Shown here: positions 1 through 13,200 of the stretch, in pieces | How the letters are laid out: each line of letters opens with the position of its first letter | Position numbering within the stretch: position 1 is the first letter of the stretch | From: Amoebophrya sp. A120 | Taxonomy: Eukaryota; Protista; Dinoflagellata | Reading direction: 5' to 3' | DNA: 45,079 nucleotides | Assembly (NCBI GenBank): GCA_905178155.1 | Contig: CAJINV010000003.1 | Span: forward strand, 191,575-236,653 | Made by a program: the position numbers and the translations under genes | The notes under the pieces: generated by a model | Database searches by the model: none | Told to the model about the DNA's origin: nothing | Seen by the model: the letters and a program-made list of their open reading frames with translations, nothing else

Positions 1-246
1 ATGCGGCGAAAAAAGGCGGCCCAAAAAGCCCCCCGGCGGCCCAGAGTTTGGGGCCGGCAGATGACCCACTTGGCGCACGGTATGCGGCGAAAAAAGGCGG
101 CCCAAAAAGCCCCCCGGCGGCCCAGAGTTTGGGGCCGGCAGATGGCCCGCTTGTCGCGCGGTATGCGGCGAAAAAAGGCGGCCCAAAAAGCTTCCCGGCG
201 GCCCAGAGTTTGGAGCCGGCAGCCGACCCAGTTGGCGCGCGGTATG
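1..246. repeat. GC-rich 81-bp tandem repeat (3 copies visible, truncated by the window start)
   Basis: Unit ATGCGGCGAAAAAAGGCGGCCCAAAAAGC...CAGAGTTTGGGGCCGGCAG...GGT starts at 1, 82 and 163. The overlapping ORFs are repeat translations. Confidence 0.93.
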
Positions 247-838
247 TGGGCGCGTGGCGTGCGCCGACCTCCGACCGACCCGACCGACGGACGCAGCCGC
301 CCGGCGGGCCTCTCCCTCCGGATTCGTGCCGCCCCCGAGTTCTGATCCATCGCACCAAGGCCGGACCAAGCCGCGCCGTGCCCTCGATTCGGAAGGCCCC
401 GGCGCCCAAGTTGCCTATGCCGGGGGCGGCGCATTCCCCGGATGAGTGTGGGCGCCCGTTCCTTTCTTTTGTGTAGATGTGTTCTGCGTAACGCTAGCTC
501 ACTCGGCTTCGCTACGTGCCTACCTTCTTATGATGAGCGGGAGGGAGCGAGTAGCTGTTCATCGTGCCAGCCCAATTCTTATTCTAGAAAACGCTGGAAA
601 GGCAAAGGAGCCCCTGCGACACTCCAGAAAAGTCGGTCTGTGAACACTCTCCCAGCCTTGCCTGCAGCAGCACAACTTGTTGGCGAAGCCCAGGCAACAG
701 TTGCGGTGCTCTCGTTGCTTGCAAGGGGGCGGCGCTTCAGCTTCACGGTCCATTTGCGTTTGGCCCGCTTTTCCAGGTAGATAGTTGGCAACTGAAAGCA
801 GTATACAAGTAGTCCCAGTCGGTGAAGAAAACGAAAAG

Positions 839-1135
839 ATGCCGCGCGTTCCGGTGTTTTGCGTTGTTGCGTTGGGTTATTTGTTTGCTGGACTTGTTCC
901 GCCGACGCACGGAGTGCGCGTTTGGCCGTTCGCACCCCCGCCCGAAGTCCATGAAGGCGGCGACAAGAAAATCAAGCTGCCCACATCTTCTGGATGGATC
1001 AAAAAGACCCAGCTCGACCCCAAGTACGACGTCGACGAGCATCCCCTGAAGCCGCACTACGACGAAACGGAGGCCGCGGTGAAGGAGGCGCAGAAGAAAG
1101 AGCATGGCGACATAGATGCTCCAGGCCTATTTTGA
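839..1135 (+). CDS. Small hypothetical protein with a predicted signal peptide
   Basis: ATG at 839 follows an A-rich context. Hydrophobic N-terminus MPRVPVFCVVALGYLFAGLVPPTHG, coding-like GC3 bias, TGA at 1133-1135. No recognised family. Confidence 0.55.
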   Translation: MPRVPVFCVVALGYLFAGLVPPTHGVRVWPFAPPPEVHEGGDKKIKLPTSSGWIKKTQLDPKYDVDEHPLKPHYDETEAAVKEAQKKEHGDIDAPGLF

Positions 1136-1946
1136 AGGGACGCTTATTTCCGATGTGGTGCATCTACCTGCCAACACTTCTGTGCGTATTCAGTACGAAG
1201 GGCTTGCGCAGCTACTTACGTAGCAGCGGGCGTGACTCGACAACATCATTGTACTCATCATGTCGAACTCATTTTTTCCATGTCTAACGCTATTCTTGTA
1301 AAAGCAGTTTCCCACTCACACTTCTCACAGTAATAGTCATCTCACGACCACCCTGTGTGTTTACTTTTTCCGGGCTTGCTGCCACCTCCTTATCGCGAAG
1401 GAAACAACTCGTGTTGTGTAACGGCATATTTACCTGCCCACCGATCTGTTCTTTTCGTGTTGTGCTGGAAGCGATATGCAAGTAGTCGTGTAGAACAACA
1501 ACAAGGAAGAATGTTTCAGGATTTTCGTGAAGCAGCTCCTCAAGTTAGAGTCTTGTTGTCTTGTCGTTCACTAAGTGCGTAGTGCTTCTGCTTCTCGACC
1601 CCGCACGGCATCATTCACGCCGGGAGAGCCCTCGCACAGAGAGATTGGTTGAGAGCGCGGAGTAGACTGTTACGAGCGGGGCAGAGAAGGGTCAGTCACA
1701 AAACGTGGGCCGATGCAGGCCTCCGCAGCAGCTATCGAAGTGTTTCTTGAGTGTGTGTCGGGTACGGGTTACCGTTCGTTTCAGGTACGTTCGATACCAC
1801 ACCGAGGTGCACAGTTTCGAGGGAGGACGAGTACCCAAGTAATATGCTACATTCGTCTGGCAGCCAACCAGCACCTACGAGGGAAAGTAAGTAAGTAGTC
1901 ACTCTTCTTCTGTTGAAAAATCGTCGTCCCCGAAATTATATTAAAA

Positions 1947-3156
1947 ATGACCGGCCGGAATACAGCGAGCCTGTGCAGCTTTCTCGTTCTCGTTCCGGGC
2001 CTTCTCCAGGACGTGCGCGCGGAGTCTTCCAGCACGTTACTGGGGCGGTTTTTCGGCATGGAGAGCAAGCGAACCGCCCGGGACGTTTCGGCCTGTCCGG
2101 GCGAGGGCGGCAGGTACGGGGACTACAAGTGTAATCACGACTCTACCCATCGAGTGTGCGCAAAGCTCGTGGAGGGAACAGTATAATATTCTGAGTTGTA
2201 AATTGTTCTTGTTGATCTTGATCAAGATGAAATTGAAAAAGCAAAAGGTTTCTCACAAAACCTTGGGCTTGGCCAGATTCATTCGTGGTAATGATTGTAC
2301 AGCGTTTATTATTATTACTTCGTTCCTTATGCTGCAACAGTGTGGGCTTCCTTAGTCCTTATCGTAATCGTTTTCTACCTTTTTGACTTTCTCTTATGAG
2401 ATCCTCTTTTGTTTATCAGGGAGGCAGCTGCGCCGCCAAGAACTGGGGGAGCTCGGATTTCTGGAGTATCACTGGGCAGCCGTCCTGGGCCGAAGACATC
2501 TGCGGCAATACCGCGAACCCGGGGGACTCCTGGTGCATCTGCATGTGGGCCTACGCGACGCTGATTGGGGAAGTATTTTTTCATTTAGAAGTTCAGTTCC
2601 TTCGTCGAGATTATCAGAGATGAATCGCTATATATTTTCTTTTTGTGGATGTGGATTGGATTTGTCACTTCACTTCACTTGCTTCGTCTATTTTGCAAAT
2701 GCAGCTCCGTCATTTAATATATATGGAAAGTGGGCAGTGAGACTACTTAGAAATGATAAAAGCAATGAAACCCACATCGCAAAAATGAAAACGAAGGTTG
2801 GGTGTGACAACGCGCCGGTGACCTGTGCCGGGACGGACGTCTCCTACGTGCTCCAGCAGTACAATGACAACGGCGTGGACCTCGCGGCGGCGCACGACTG
2901 CTTGAAGTCAAAATGCGGCAACTCCACCTCTTCCTCCTCGTTGCTGACCTCCAGTCGCAAGCTTTTGCGGGCGGTGAACGACACGACCGCAGCGGCACCA
3001 GCTGCGCACGCCGCGACCCCCAGCACATCCGCGTCGGGCCGTGCGGCGGCCGGGCATGCGAGGAGCGCGGTGGACTTCGTCGCTTCTACAGACGAGGGGA
3101 CGATTTCCAACGCGGTGAAACACGCCGACTCCGATCCCGTCGCAGTTGCTGCGTAG
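1947..3156 (+). CDS. Secreted Cys-rich protein, DUF2237-like
   Basis: Exons 1947-2180, 2420-2572 and 2797-3156, joined in frame by GT-AG introns 2181-2419 and 2573-2796. Signal-peptide-like N-terminus. HRVCA and PGDSWCICMWAY resemble the DUF2237 motifs HxVCA and PGDxWCLC. Confidence 0.75.
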
Positions 3157-4789
3157 AGCGGTGGCCTGTGCACGAGGACCAACTGGCTCCTGATCGCGTC
3201 GTCGCGTGAGACGATGCACGTGAGTAATGGAGAATTTGAATTTGCGACAGGCGCGCGCCACGCTTCTATTTCTGTTGATAGTTGTTGCGAAAAAATAAAA
3301 ATTTCGCTCGCAATGTGAGTGAGTAGAAGTTCGATATTCTCAGTACAAAACTTCTGACCTGATGATAGATTTACAATTTATGATTTGAAGATGAACCCAA
3401 AGCGTCTCTGGACGCCGTTGTAGTCGACACGGATGAGTCTTCTCTATACTGATTGAAAAGTTATTATTGCCCGCTAATTGGGTAGTAATAGTATTTCGTA
3501 CGGCCGAAAGGTACCTTTATTTGCAGAATCCTGAAGCAATTTGTTACAATTTCTATTTCGCGCGTCCGTTGTCCACGGATAGTATCTGAATCGTGAAAGT
3601 AAACATCAATCTTTGACCATACGAGAAGAACCACTTGGTGCTGCCGCTCGATGGAAAAGCGTCGGGTACAGGCAGCACTGGCAAAGATTTGAATTGTGAA
3701 GAACAAAAAGAACGACCCGAGCAGCTTTACGACGCTGATACGGGCGCACTTAACTTTTGTAATTACCTATGATGATGATGTAGTTTTTAGGTTCACCACC
3801 CCGTCGACCTTCCCCGCCCTGCAATCAGAATCGGTCTACTTGATCGCGATAAGCATTAAAAGCTGTAATTTCGGGTGATGGAAATACAATTTGTATGCGA
3901 TGTGAGTTACTATACCTTCTCCGTCAACTACATCCAAAGTGAAGAACCCAATCTGGCGATTGATGCTAATGTACTCATTTGGAAACTTTCTCAAATAAAT
4001 CAGCGTTCTTGAAGATATGTCAATTGACCAGATCATTATGTAAGAATTCGTCAAGATGTAGATGTAACTAAAGTATATATAATGTTTGTGAAGTCTGTGC
4101 CTCCATCTAGCAGTAGCTTCACTCCTACCATGAGCAGCACCTTGCTGCGTATCTGTTCGTGTCTAGCTGCATCTCCGGTGTATTTGACGAGTTTTGAATT
4201 TTTCGGTTCGTGCGCAACATGTCATTCGTTCCGAGCGGTAGTTCCACACTCGGATGAGTTTCTCTATCGTGCAAAACAGGAAAGATCGGTGAGCCGTTTG
4301 TTTGCCAAGGCTTTTTTCCTCCACAGCCAGTGGTCACATGTAAAAGTAAAACACGTCGAGGCTTTGTCCGATTTCAAGCATACAGATTTTCATTTTTCAT
4401 CTTACTACCCACTCCCCATCCCAGGACCATATCGCGTTTCACCCCACATTCCCATGAACACTATGGCGTCATCAAGAAAGATGGTCGTGCTGCGTATGTA
4501 CTAGGTGTAGGTAGCCTTACTTCTTGCGCCCTTCTTTACTTCCGGATGTGGAAAATGAAGTACTTCGGTCTCTAGGTGTGGATGATTTATTTCGATTGGC
4601 CTGCATAGATAACTTTTTCCTTACTGCTCTCCGCCAGATACTTACATTCATACGATGTTGCCTCTTTCACCAAGATCGTGATCGCTGAAGAATTGTATGT
4701 GGACCGCTTTGATGATCAACAATACTCCATTGCCGCGAGGACCACGACCGGTAGTTGTTTGACCTCACACTATCGGCACAAGGAACAGG

Positions 4790-6082
4790 ATGGCGTTCCT
4801 GTTTCCTACTGTCGTCGAGAGCGTGTCACGCCCAACGGTGAATCAGCTGATCCGGAGCCACAAGAGAAAGGCGCCCCTGCGCCTATACCAGTACGCAAAC
4901 AACCAGTACCCAAAAATCACAAAAGGTACAAGTCTTATCTAGCTGCAGCTAGCACGTACTTTCATATGTTGACATTGACAGTGTCACATTCAACGCTCGT
5001 CCTCCCTGTAAAAAAAAGGTTAGTCGACGACGATCACATCAAAGTTTGTTCTGAGTCCTGTACACACATGATCCAGATTGATTACATTCATAAATCGGTC
5101 CTCGAACTGCAGATGAACAACACCGTGCTGTCGAGCGAACCTGTATAATTTGTGTATATGATGATGATCAAAAAAAAAAAACAAAACAGCCGTGACCGGT
5201 GGTGTGCTTGGCGGGCTGGGTGACGCGGTGGCGCAGTGGCTGGAGAAGGATCCGAAGGTTGACAAGAACTGGAAGTTTGATTGGCAGCGCTGGGGTGCGT
5301 TTTCCGCGTTCAACCTGGCCTGGGCGGGGGTGCCGCTGCATTTTTACATCAACTTTTTGGAGAACAAGCGGCGGAATTTCGGTCTGGTGCAAAAAATGTT
5401 CGTGACCCACATTCTGTACAACCCGTTCCTCTACTTTCCCTCCTTCTACCTGTGCCACGGCGCGCTGATGGGCCAGTCCTTTGGGCACATCCAGCAGCGG
5501 CTTCAACGGGAAATGCCGGACGCGTTGGCGCAGTGTCTGCAGTTCTGGATCCCGATCAATTTCGTGCAGTACACCGCGATCTCGGCCAGTGCGCAGGTGC
5601 TGTTTTTGTCGGTTGCCAACGTCGCGTGGTGCGTCATCCTCAGCAGCAGTTCGTCCGACGGGGACGCCAGTCCGGCGGCGACCATCACGATCACGGAGGA
5701 GTCGCGGACCAACTCGGACACGACCATCTCCAGCTCCACTACTGTACAAGAGGTGTTCGACCACTCCCATCGCATTCGCGTAGAAGACGGGGTGCTACGG
5801 GTGCTCGACTTGATGGACCCCGCGCACACGGCGCAGCAAACGGCGTCCGACTTCGCGGAGGGGCAGTTCCGGCGGGAACAGGACCTACTCGCTGGGGAGT
5901 TACTGCCCGAGCTGCAGGGAAAAGTGAAAATAAGAGGCTTTTTACACCCGACAAAGAACACTACGACCGGGACTAGTAGCACAACTACCTCGTCAACATC
6001 AACCTCGTCAGGTGGATCGGGAGGTGGAACAACGACGACCACAACCTCGACGATAGCTCGCGATCTCGCGGCCAAACTGTAG
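4790..6082 (+). CDS. Mpv17/PMP22 family membrane protein with a low-complexity C-terminal extension
   Basis: Exons 4790-4925 and 5190-6082 (GT-AG intron 4926-5189, phase 1) give ...YPKITKAVTGGVLGGLGDAVAQ...FDWQR...FWIPINFVQY...SVANVAWCVILS, which is typical of the family. Confidence 0.88.
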
Positions 6083-7336
6083 GGCCGCTACACCTGCTGA
6101 GACATAAAGAAGCAGCACAAGCAAAAAGTTGGTGGATCATGGGACGACTGAAGATGGTGGTGGGTAAAGTGAAACAGATGCATTCAACAAATTGCTTAAA
6201 CTTGATTCTTCGCGATTTTTCCAAGCGATGTGCCTCGCCAAGGATCGGAAAGACTGGTAGGGAGCGCCTCGATATGCCAGAAAGGTGGATCATGTCGGTT
6301 GTGCTTCGTGGTCTCAAGTCGGATACTCGAGAAATCACGGAAGAAAAATGGAGAAATCCTCCTCCTGCACCTGATATTTAGTGCCTTATCTCGGCGTAGA
6401 GGCGGCAGAAAGCTTCACTATCGCTGTCATGTATGATGTTGCCATGCTCTGTCCTCGAGTACCATATTCAATTTCAATCCATATCGAATTTTTCTTTCTG
6501 GACGAGCATTTTCTGCAAAATGGTTTCCGCACATAGAGATTAGTTTCCCATGGAGCACTCCTGACGGAACTTATTGTACAAGCATCTTGCTACAACTTTA
6601 GCTTTGCTTTTCAATTTCAAGAAACAATGCGGTGCAATAATTTTCCGATATTTTTGTTCGCGCAGCTGATAGCAGTGCCACCGAAATTTAAATTTTGGTG
6701 TGTTGCTGGTATTCAGATCATTTCAGAGCTACCCGAAGTGCGACGCGGAGCGGCCAAATGGATACTCCTGCTGTCCGCACTGGTGCTCTTTATTTTCGAA
6801 GCAGCTGCGCCTGCGGCTTGCGGCAGTTCCGCAATAGGTTTGTTTCTGTGTTGATATATGCCAAGAGCTTTTCATCACTGTGACGATTGAATTACTCGCA
6901 ACATAACAAGCAAAACAAAACATGTGCAGCAAGAATTATATCCTTTCGAATTCTGGTCTGGCAAGGTATACTTGCCGGCGTTTTCGACAAAGCCTCGTAG
7001 ATTGGCGACCATGGGAGCAGCTGCCCATGCAGCTTTCTACTAAACAAGATTGAGACATTTTGCAAGTATGTTGCGAAAGATGTTATATAACTTTGATTTT
7101 TTCAACAGGAGCAAGTTGAAGATCTGTATGTTGAGGTCAAAAAGTTTAGTCTGGAATAAAAGGCACGGTAGAAGAGCCGGTATCCTTTGCTGATCTCGAA
7201 ATACAGAGATCACCGAAGTAGAAGTTGGACTTTGTGGCGGTGTTCCCATCCTTCGATATGCCATCTTTGCTCTTTTGGAAAGAGCAATGATGGCATACCG
7301 AGTCAGTGCTTAGCACTGCATTTATTTTTGATATAA

Positions 7337-9638
7337 GAGCGGGGTAACAAATTCTGACGAGTTGTGGCCGTCCCACTTCTCACCCGCCCGGCCGGGTGGG
7401 TGACTAGTGGGACGGAACCAGGATCCTGACCAGCTGGCCGGATCTGAAAGCCTCAAAAACAACGCTTTTTCTTTTCCGCACCTGATTCTGCTTCCTACCA
7501 GCCACACCCGCAGGTCTTGCAGGAGGTGGTAGAAAGAAGATTCAGCTTGTGGTAAAGAAAGTGTTGCTCCGGCTTACTGAAAGCCTCAAAAAGCACAGCT
7601 TTTTGCTTTCCGCGCCTGATTCTTCTTTCTACCAGCCACGTCTGCAGGTCTTGCAGGAGGTGGTAGAAAGAAGATTCAGCTTCTGGCAAAAAAAGCGCTG
7701 CTTTGGCTTGCTGAACGCCTCAGAAACGTCGTTTTTTGTTTTCAGCGCCTGATTCTTCTTTCTACCAGCCACGTCTGCAGGTCTTGCAGGAGGTGGTAGA
7801 AAGAAGATTCAGCTCGTGGTAAAAAAAGCGTTGCTTTGGCTTACTGAAAGTCTTAGAAACAGCGTTTTTTGTTTTCCGCGCCTGATTCTTCTTTCTACCA
7901 GCCACGCCCGCAGGTCTTGCAGGAGGTGGTAGAAAGAAGATGCAGCTCAGGGTAAAAAAAGTGTTGCTTTGGCTTACTGAAAGCCTCAAAAGCAGCACTT
8001 TTTGTTTTCCGCACCTGATTCTTCTTTGTGCCAGCCATACCCGCAGGTCTTGCAGGAGGTGGTAGAAAGACGATTCAGCTCGTGGCAGAAAAAGCGTTGC
8101 TTTGGCTTATTGAAAGCCTCAGAAATAGCGTTTTTTGTTTTCCGCGCCTGATTCTTCTTTCTACCAGCCACGCCCGCAGGTCTTGCAGGAGGTGGTAGAT
8201 AGAAAACTTAGCTCGTGGCAAAAAAAGTGCTGCTTTGGCTTACTGAAAGCCTCAGAAGCAGCGTTTTTCGTTTTCCGCGCCTGATTCTTCTTTCTACCAG
8301 CCACGTCTGCAGGTCTTGCAGGAGGTGGTAGAAAGAAGATTCAGCTCCTGGTAAAAAAAGCGTTGCTTTGGCTTGCTGAAAGCCTCAGAAGCGCCGTTTT
8401 TTGTTTTCCGCACTTGATTCTTCTTTCTACCAGCCACATCTGCAGGTCTTGCAGGAGGTGGTAGAAAGAAGATTCAGCTCGTGGTAAAAACAATGTTGCT
8501 TGGGCTTACTGAAAGCCTCAGAAACAGCATTTTTTGTTTTCCGCGCCTGATTCTTCTTTCTACCAGCCACGCCCGCAGGTCTTGCAGGAGGTCGTAGAAA
8601 GAATATTCAGCTCGTGGCAAAAAAAATGTTGCTTTGGCTTACTGAAAGCCTCAGAAGCAGCGTTTTTTGTTTTCCGCACCTGATTCTTCTTTCTACCAGC
8701 CACAACCGCAGGTCTTGCAGGAGGTGGTAGAAAGAAGATTCAGCTCGTGGCAAAAAAAGCGCTGCTTTGGCTTATTGAAAGTCTCAGAAGTAGCGTTTTT
8801 TGTTTTCCGCGCCTGATTCTTCTTTCTACCAGCCACGCCCGCAGGTCTTGCAGGAGGTGGCAGAAAGAAGACTCAGCTCGTGGCAAAAAAAGTGTTGCTT
8901 TGGCTTACTGAAAGCCTCAGAAACAGCGTTTTTTGTTTTCCGCACCTGATTCTTCTTTCTACCAGCCACGCCCGCAGATCTTGCAGGAGGTGGTAGAAAG
9001 AAGATTCAGCGCGTGGCAAAAAAAAATGTTGCTTTGGCTTACTGAAAGTCTCAGAAGCGACGTTTTTTGTTTTCCGCGCCTGATTCTTCTTTCTACCAGT
9101 CACACCCGCAGGTCTTGCGGGAGGTGGTAGAAAGAGGATTCAGCTCGTGGCAAAAAAATCGCTGCTTTGGCTTACTGAAAGCCTCAAAAGCAACGCTTTT
9201 TTTTTTCCGCGCCTCATTCTTCTTTCTACCAGCCACACCCGCAGGTCTTGCAGGAGGTGGTAGAAAGAAGATTCAGCTCGTAGTAAGAAAAATGCTGCTT
9301 TGGCTTACTGAAAGCCTCGGAAGCAGCGCTATTTGTTTTCCGCACCTGATTCTTCTTTCTACCGGCCATGCCCGCAAGTCTTGCAGGAGGTGTTAGAAAG
9401 ACGATTCCGCTCGTGGTAAAAAAGCCGTTGCTTTGGCTTAGTGAAACCCTCAAACGCAGGATTTTTTGTTTTCCGCACCTCATTCTTCTACCAGCCACAC
9501 CCGCAGGTCTTGCAGGAGGTGGTAGAATTTCCGCCGTTCTCGTGGTCAGGATCCTGGTTCCGTCCCACTAGTCACCCACCCGGCCGGGCGGGTGAGAAGT
9601 GGGACGGCCACAACTCGCCAGAATTTGTTACCCCGCTC
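7337..9638. mobile_element. Non-autonomous TIR DNA transposon, PIF/Harbinger-like
   Basis: 96-bp TIRs at 7337-7432 and 9543-9638 with one mismatch, starting GAGCGGGG. TAA flanks both sides (7334-7336, 9639-9641), matching the 3-bp TAA/TTA TSD of PIF/Harbinger. No transposase ORF; the interior is a tandem array. Confidence 0.88.
7445..9527. repeat. ~133-bp tandem array (16 core copies) inside the TIR element
   Basis: Core GCAGGTCTTGCAGGAGGTGG (or close variant) at 7510, 7644, 7777, 7910, 8043, 8176, 8309, 8442, 8575, 8708, 8841, 8974, 9108, 9241, 9374 and 9503. Confidence 0.95.
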
Positions 9639-10203
9639 TAAGTACTTACATTTTTCTCTGATTTTTCTACCTCGTTGCTGTTTTCCTTGTCTGTGTTTTC
9701 GTGTATCGATCACATTTGTTGATCTCTCCTTTCAAAATCTTTGACGCAGGCTACGATCAATTAGGTTTTGAGTAAATATATAGATATCTGGATCTGATAC
9801 GTTCCCTGGTGTTTTACTCTTATTTGAACAAAGAGGATCCTGTCATTAAGACGATGACCTCCTTCTTTACGTATGTTATGTGTAGTAAGTTGAGAGGAGG
9901 TTTTTTGGTATTTATTCCCTCGTTGATAAAGTGAACCCATTGTGCTTCTCTGATCCTGACTATGGCCACTTTATGACCACCTCCTGATCACAGAGGAAAT
10001 ACTGAAGGATTTTGCTCCTTTGCGCCCGCAAAGAACCACGACAATCATGTTGGTGTTCTTCTTGCGCGTGGTCGACAAGTGCGACGACAGCTACTTGTGA
10101 TTCAGCGGAGAGCCGCCGCGGGGGCGGATCAACATACAACGCAGTGAAGACCGCCGCCTGACTTATTTCGCAGCTTCTCACGACATAGCGCTGCCGTGTT
10201 GTA

Positions 10204-13200
10204 ATGATGGCCGGCGGCGCCGTCCAAGAAAAGAAGGCTGGCGACTCAAGAACTACACCCGGAAGAAGTAGCACGGATGATGGTAGTACGGCGCGAAGAG
10301 ATGTTGGTGACCACACGACGAAAAGCAGTAATAAAGCGCGCACCGGCGAGGATCACCACCACCTCGGTGGAACAAATAATGACCCGGAGCTGCAGCAGAG
10401 CGCCGACTACGGCTCCGCCACATCGTCCAGTGCCGTCTCAGGGGAAATACGGATGCCGAGCTACATCACGTCACAACACCGTTCGGGCGCTAGCGACACG
10501 GCGACGGAGTCCTCGAAAAACGCCGCGGAAGTCCCTCCACCACCGCCGTATCAAACAAAAAAAGTTCGTCACGATCACTCATGCGCATTTTTGCAATACA
10601 AAATTGGCTGTCATGCGTAAAAATGCATGACAGCCAAGCTTCATAGGGGATTTCCCTATTATTTCTGCAATACAAGGTAAACTTGTGATGCTAAAAAAAT
10701 TTGTAATGCAAAACCTGCAAGTTAGTGACTGTGACAAACTTTTTTCTTTCCATACGCCGGACGAGCTGTATATCAATCCGGGAGGAGGCCCATCCACTTC
10801 CACAGCGACCGGCGACGAGGCATTTGCAGCAACCGCTGGACGAGGGGGAAATAATTACTACGGCGGTAATACAATTACGACGGCTGATGTCGGTGCTGCC
10901 GCTTCTTCGGCCTTGGAAGATGATTATCAACCGAGAGGACTTGTCCCGGAGGGCGAAACTAGCAGCCTCAACAACCCGCCGCATCCCTCCTCGAGCGAGG
11001 AAAATAATGATGGCGGCGCAACGAGCACCGTGGATATCGAGCCGATTCCCATCGGCGCAGGAGGGGGAAATGCCAGTCTCAACTCCTCCCAGCATCCACC
11101 TCCGGGGGATTTGATGTCCTATTTTCCCAGCACCAGTTCCTCTAACATCACTCCGCCGCCGGGAATGGTCTCCCCGGTGAAATCGCCCGGCAAGCATATA
11201 GTGCCCAGCTTCGGCGGAGCCGGAGGCGCGAAAAAGGGTGCGCCGCTGGGCAAAAAGGGTCCCAGCGTCGACTCGGCACCGAGTAACATCCTCCGAATGC
11301 TGGGAAAAACCGCCTCTGCCGCGTCCACTAACGCGGCGAACAGTGCAGGAGGGGGCCCGCCCGGGAGCAACCCCGGTGGCGGAAAAGGGGGGTTGCCACC
11401 CGGAAACAAAGGTATTGCTACCTGTAGTTTTGTGTGTGAACGTGAAGCATGTTGCTTGCTGTTACCCAACAACTCAAAAATCTATGCAATTTGAAGTTCG
11501 TAACGTGTAACACTCTAGGTGGCGGCGGTTTCTTTGGGGGAATGGGTGTTGGGGCGCAGTCCAAGGATGAAGCAGGAGAGGACGAGAATAAAGTCGAGGA
11601 GGAAGAAGACCCACAAAAGGTCATCGAGGATCTAGAAGCAAAGGACGGCTTCGAGAAGGAAAACGACCTGGTTACATTCTTCAAATACAAGGTAATCAAT
11701 GTTATACCAGTTATACCTGGTGTCGTCCTGTTGCTGTTTCTATTGATGCAGACTCGACATGCTTCTTGTGAGTGAAAACATAGCAGCTGCATCGCAAGCA
11801 ACAAGGAACAGTACCAAAGTCAAGTAGGCCTACTTCATGAACTACGTCGAGCTCGACCTTCTTATCTTGACGCGCAAGTACATCGATTTGATTTTGTGGA
11901 GAGATCTGACCTTACGACCACGACAGGTGGCCGGCGACTACACGTACACGCACTCGTCCATAATTGGCTCCGCGGATCAGCGGATGCCCCGGACGGGGAA
12001 ACTGAACGTGACCAGGCAAGATCACATGACCAAGCTGTTCTGCGCGATCGCGTTCTTCTACCGCCAGAAGCGCCCCTTGACGCTGGTAGAAATGGCGACA
12101 ACGCGGTTCCGCTTCTACGAAGATGTGGACCTCTTCTTACCCCCGGGCTTCGTCGATACCGGCGAAGAAATCAAGGCACTAGAAAGAAGATGGATAGCGC
12201 AACTGCTGAAAATTAGAGGTACTTTGCTGAACTACATAGCAGGTCCTGCTTTTCATGTTCACCTCCGGGTTCGATTTGCAATCCATATCCAAATTTTCGT
12301 TCCAGCAGAGCGACGTAGGGTACAAATAACACGTTACCTCCTGATTGCTGCACCAGTAGAAGACATGTGTACTAGAACAAGTTCAGAGCTACCTCTACAT
12401 TCTGTACTCCAAAAATCACGAGAAATCTATCACCAGGTGCGGTGTTTGGTGCCGTGTGGCGTTCGGATGACGTGCTGGGGATCTGCCAGAATTGCTTGAA
12501 AACCACGGTGCACGTGTTTTCCTCCTCCGGTTTTTCCACGAAGTCGCAGAGCTACAAAGTTTCCCTGCATTTCGTGTGGCCCCACCTGGTTGTGACAAAG
12601 CGGGAGGCCAAGGCCATCCGCGGTGCGACAATCGAGTTTCTTCGGGAGAACACGTCCCCGGAACAGGAGGCGTTGCTCCGCATCTCCTTCCCCGACTACG
12701 TTTACAACCCGGACAGCGAACAGACACCATGGGAGGAAATTTACGACGCCGCACCAATTGAAGGCGCCAGTCTGAAGATGCCCTTCAACGACAAAGGTAT
12801 AGCTTGCTTGAGTTTCATCACTTTCAACTCCTCTCCTCAACGAGCGCATTCTTGGTAGTTTCGTCTTACAACCATGCTTGGAATAGAATCTACTTTGAAT
12901 GAGAATTATATGATGCAGATGTGAGGTTCCATCGAACTACATGTGGTAGAAAAAAATCTCCTACAGGTATAAAACCTAACCGCGACACGAAGCAGAGCGC
13001 GAAGCTGGAGAACCGGCCGAAGCTGCCGGTGGGTACGTTTCTGGTGAACTTGGTGGCCTCGCAGGTGGAGGAATCCACCATGGAACTGCTGTACGGGCCG
13101 GACGATAAGGAGGACCTGAAGTGGTTATCGGACGGAAGCATCCGGCTCGACATGGAAAATCCCCCGCCCGTGGCGAACATCTGGATTTTTGCCTCCAACA

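Noticed and set aside
1-476. Arg/Pro-rich ORFs at the window start
   Set aside because: Translations of the 81-bp tandem repeat and its GC-rich flank.
3300-4700. Short ORFs between the DUF2237-like and Mpv17 genes (likewise 6100-7330, 15300-16400 and 31300-32500)
   Set aside because: AT-richer, no coding bias, no recognisable motifs and no consistent splice model.
7445-9527. Regular repeat array as a CRISPR locus
   Set aside because: The whole 133-bp unit is repeated with no unique spacers, there are no cas genes, and the context is eukaryotic.
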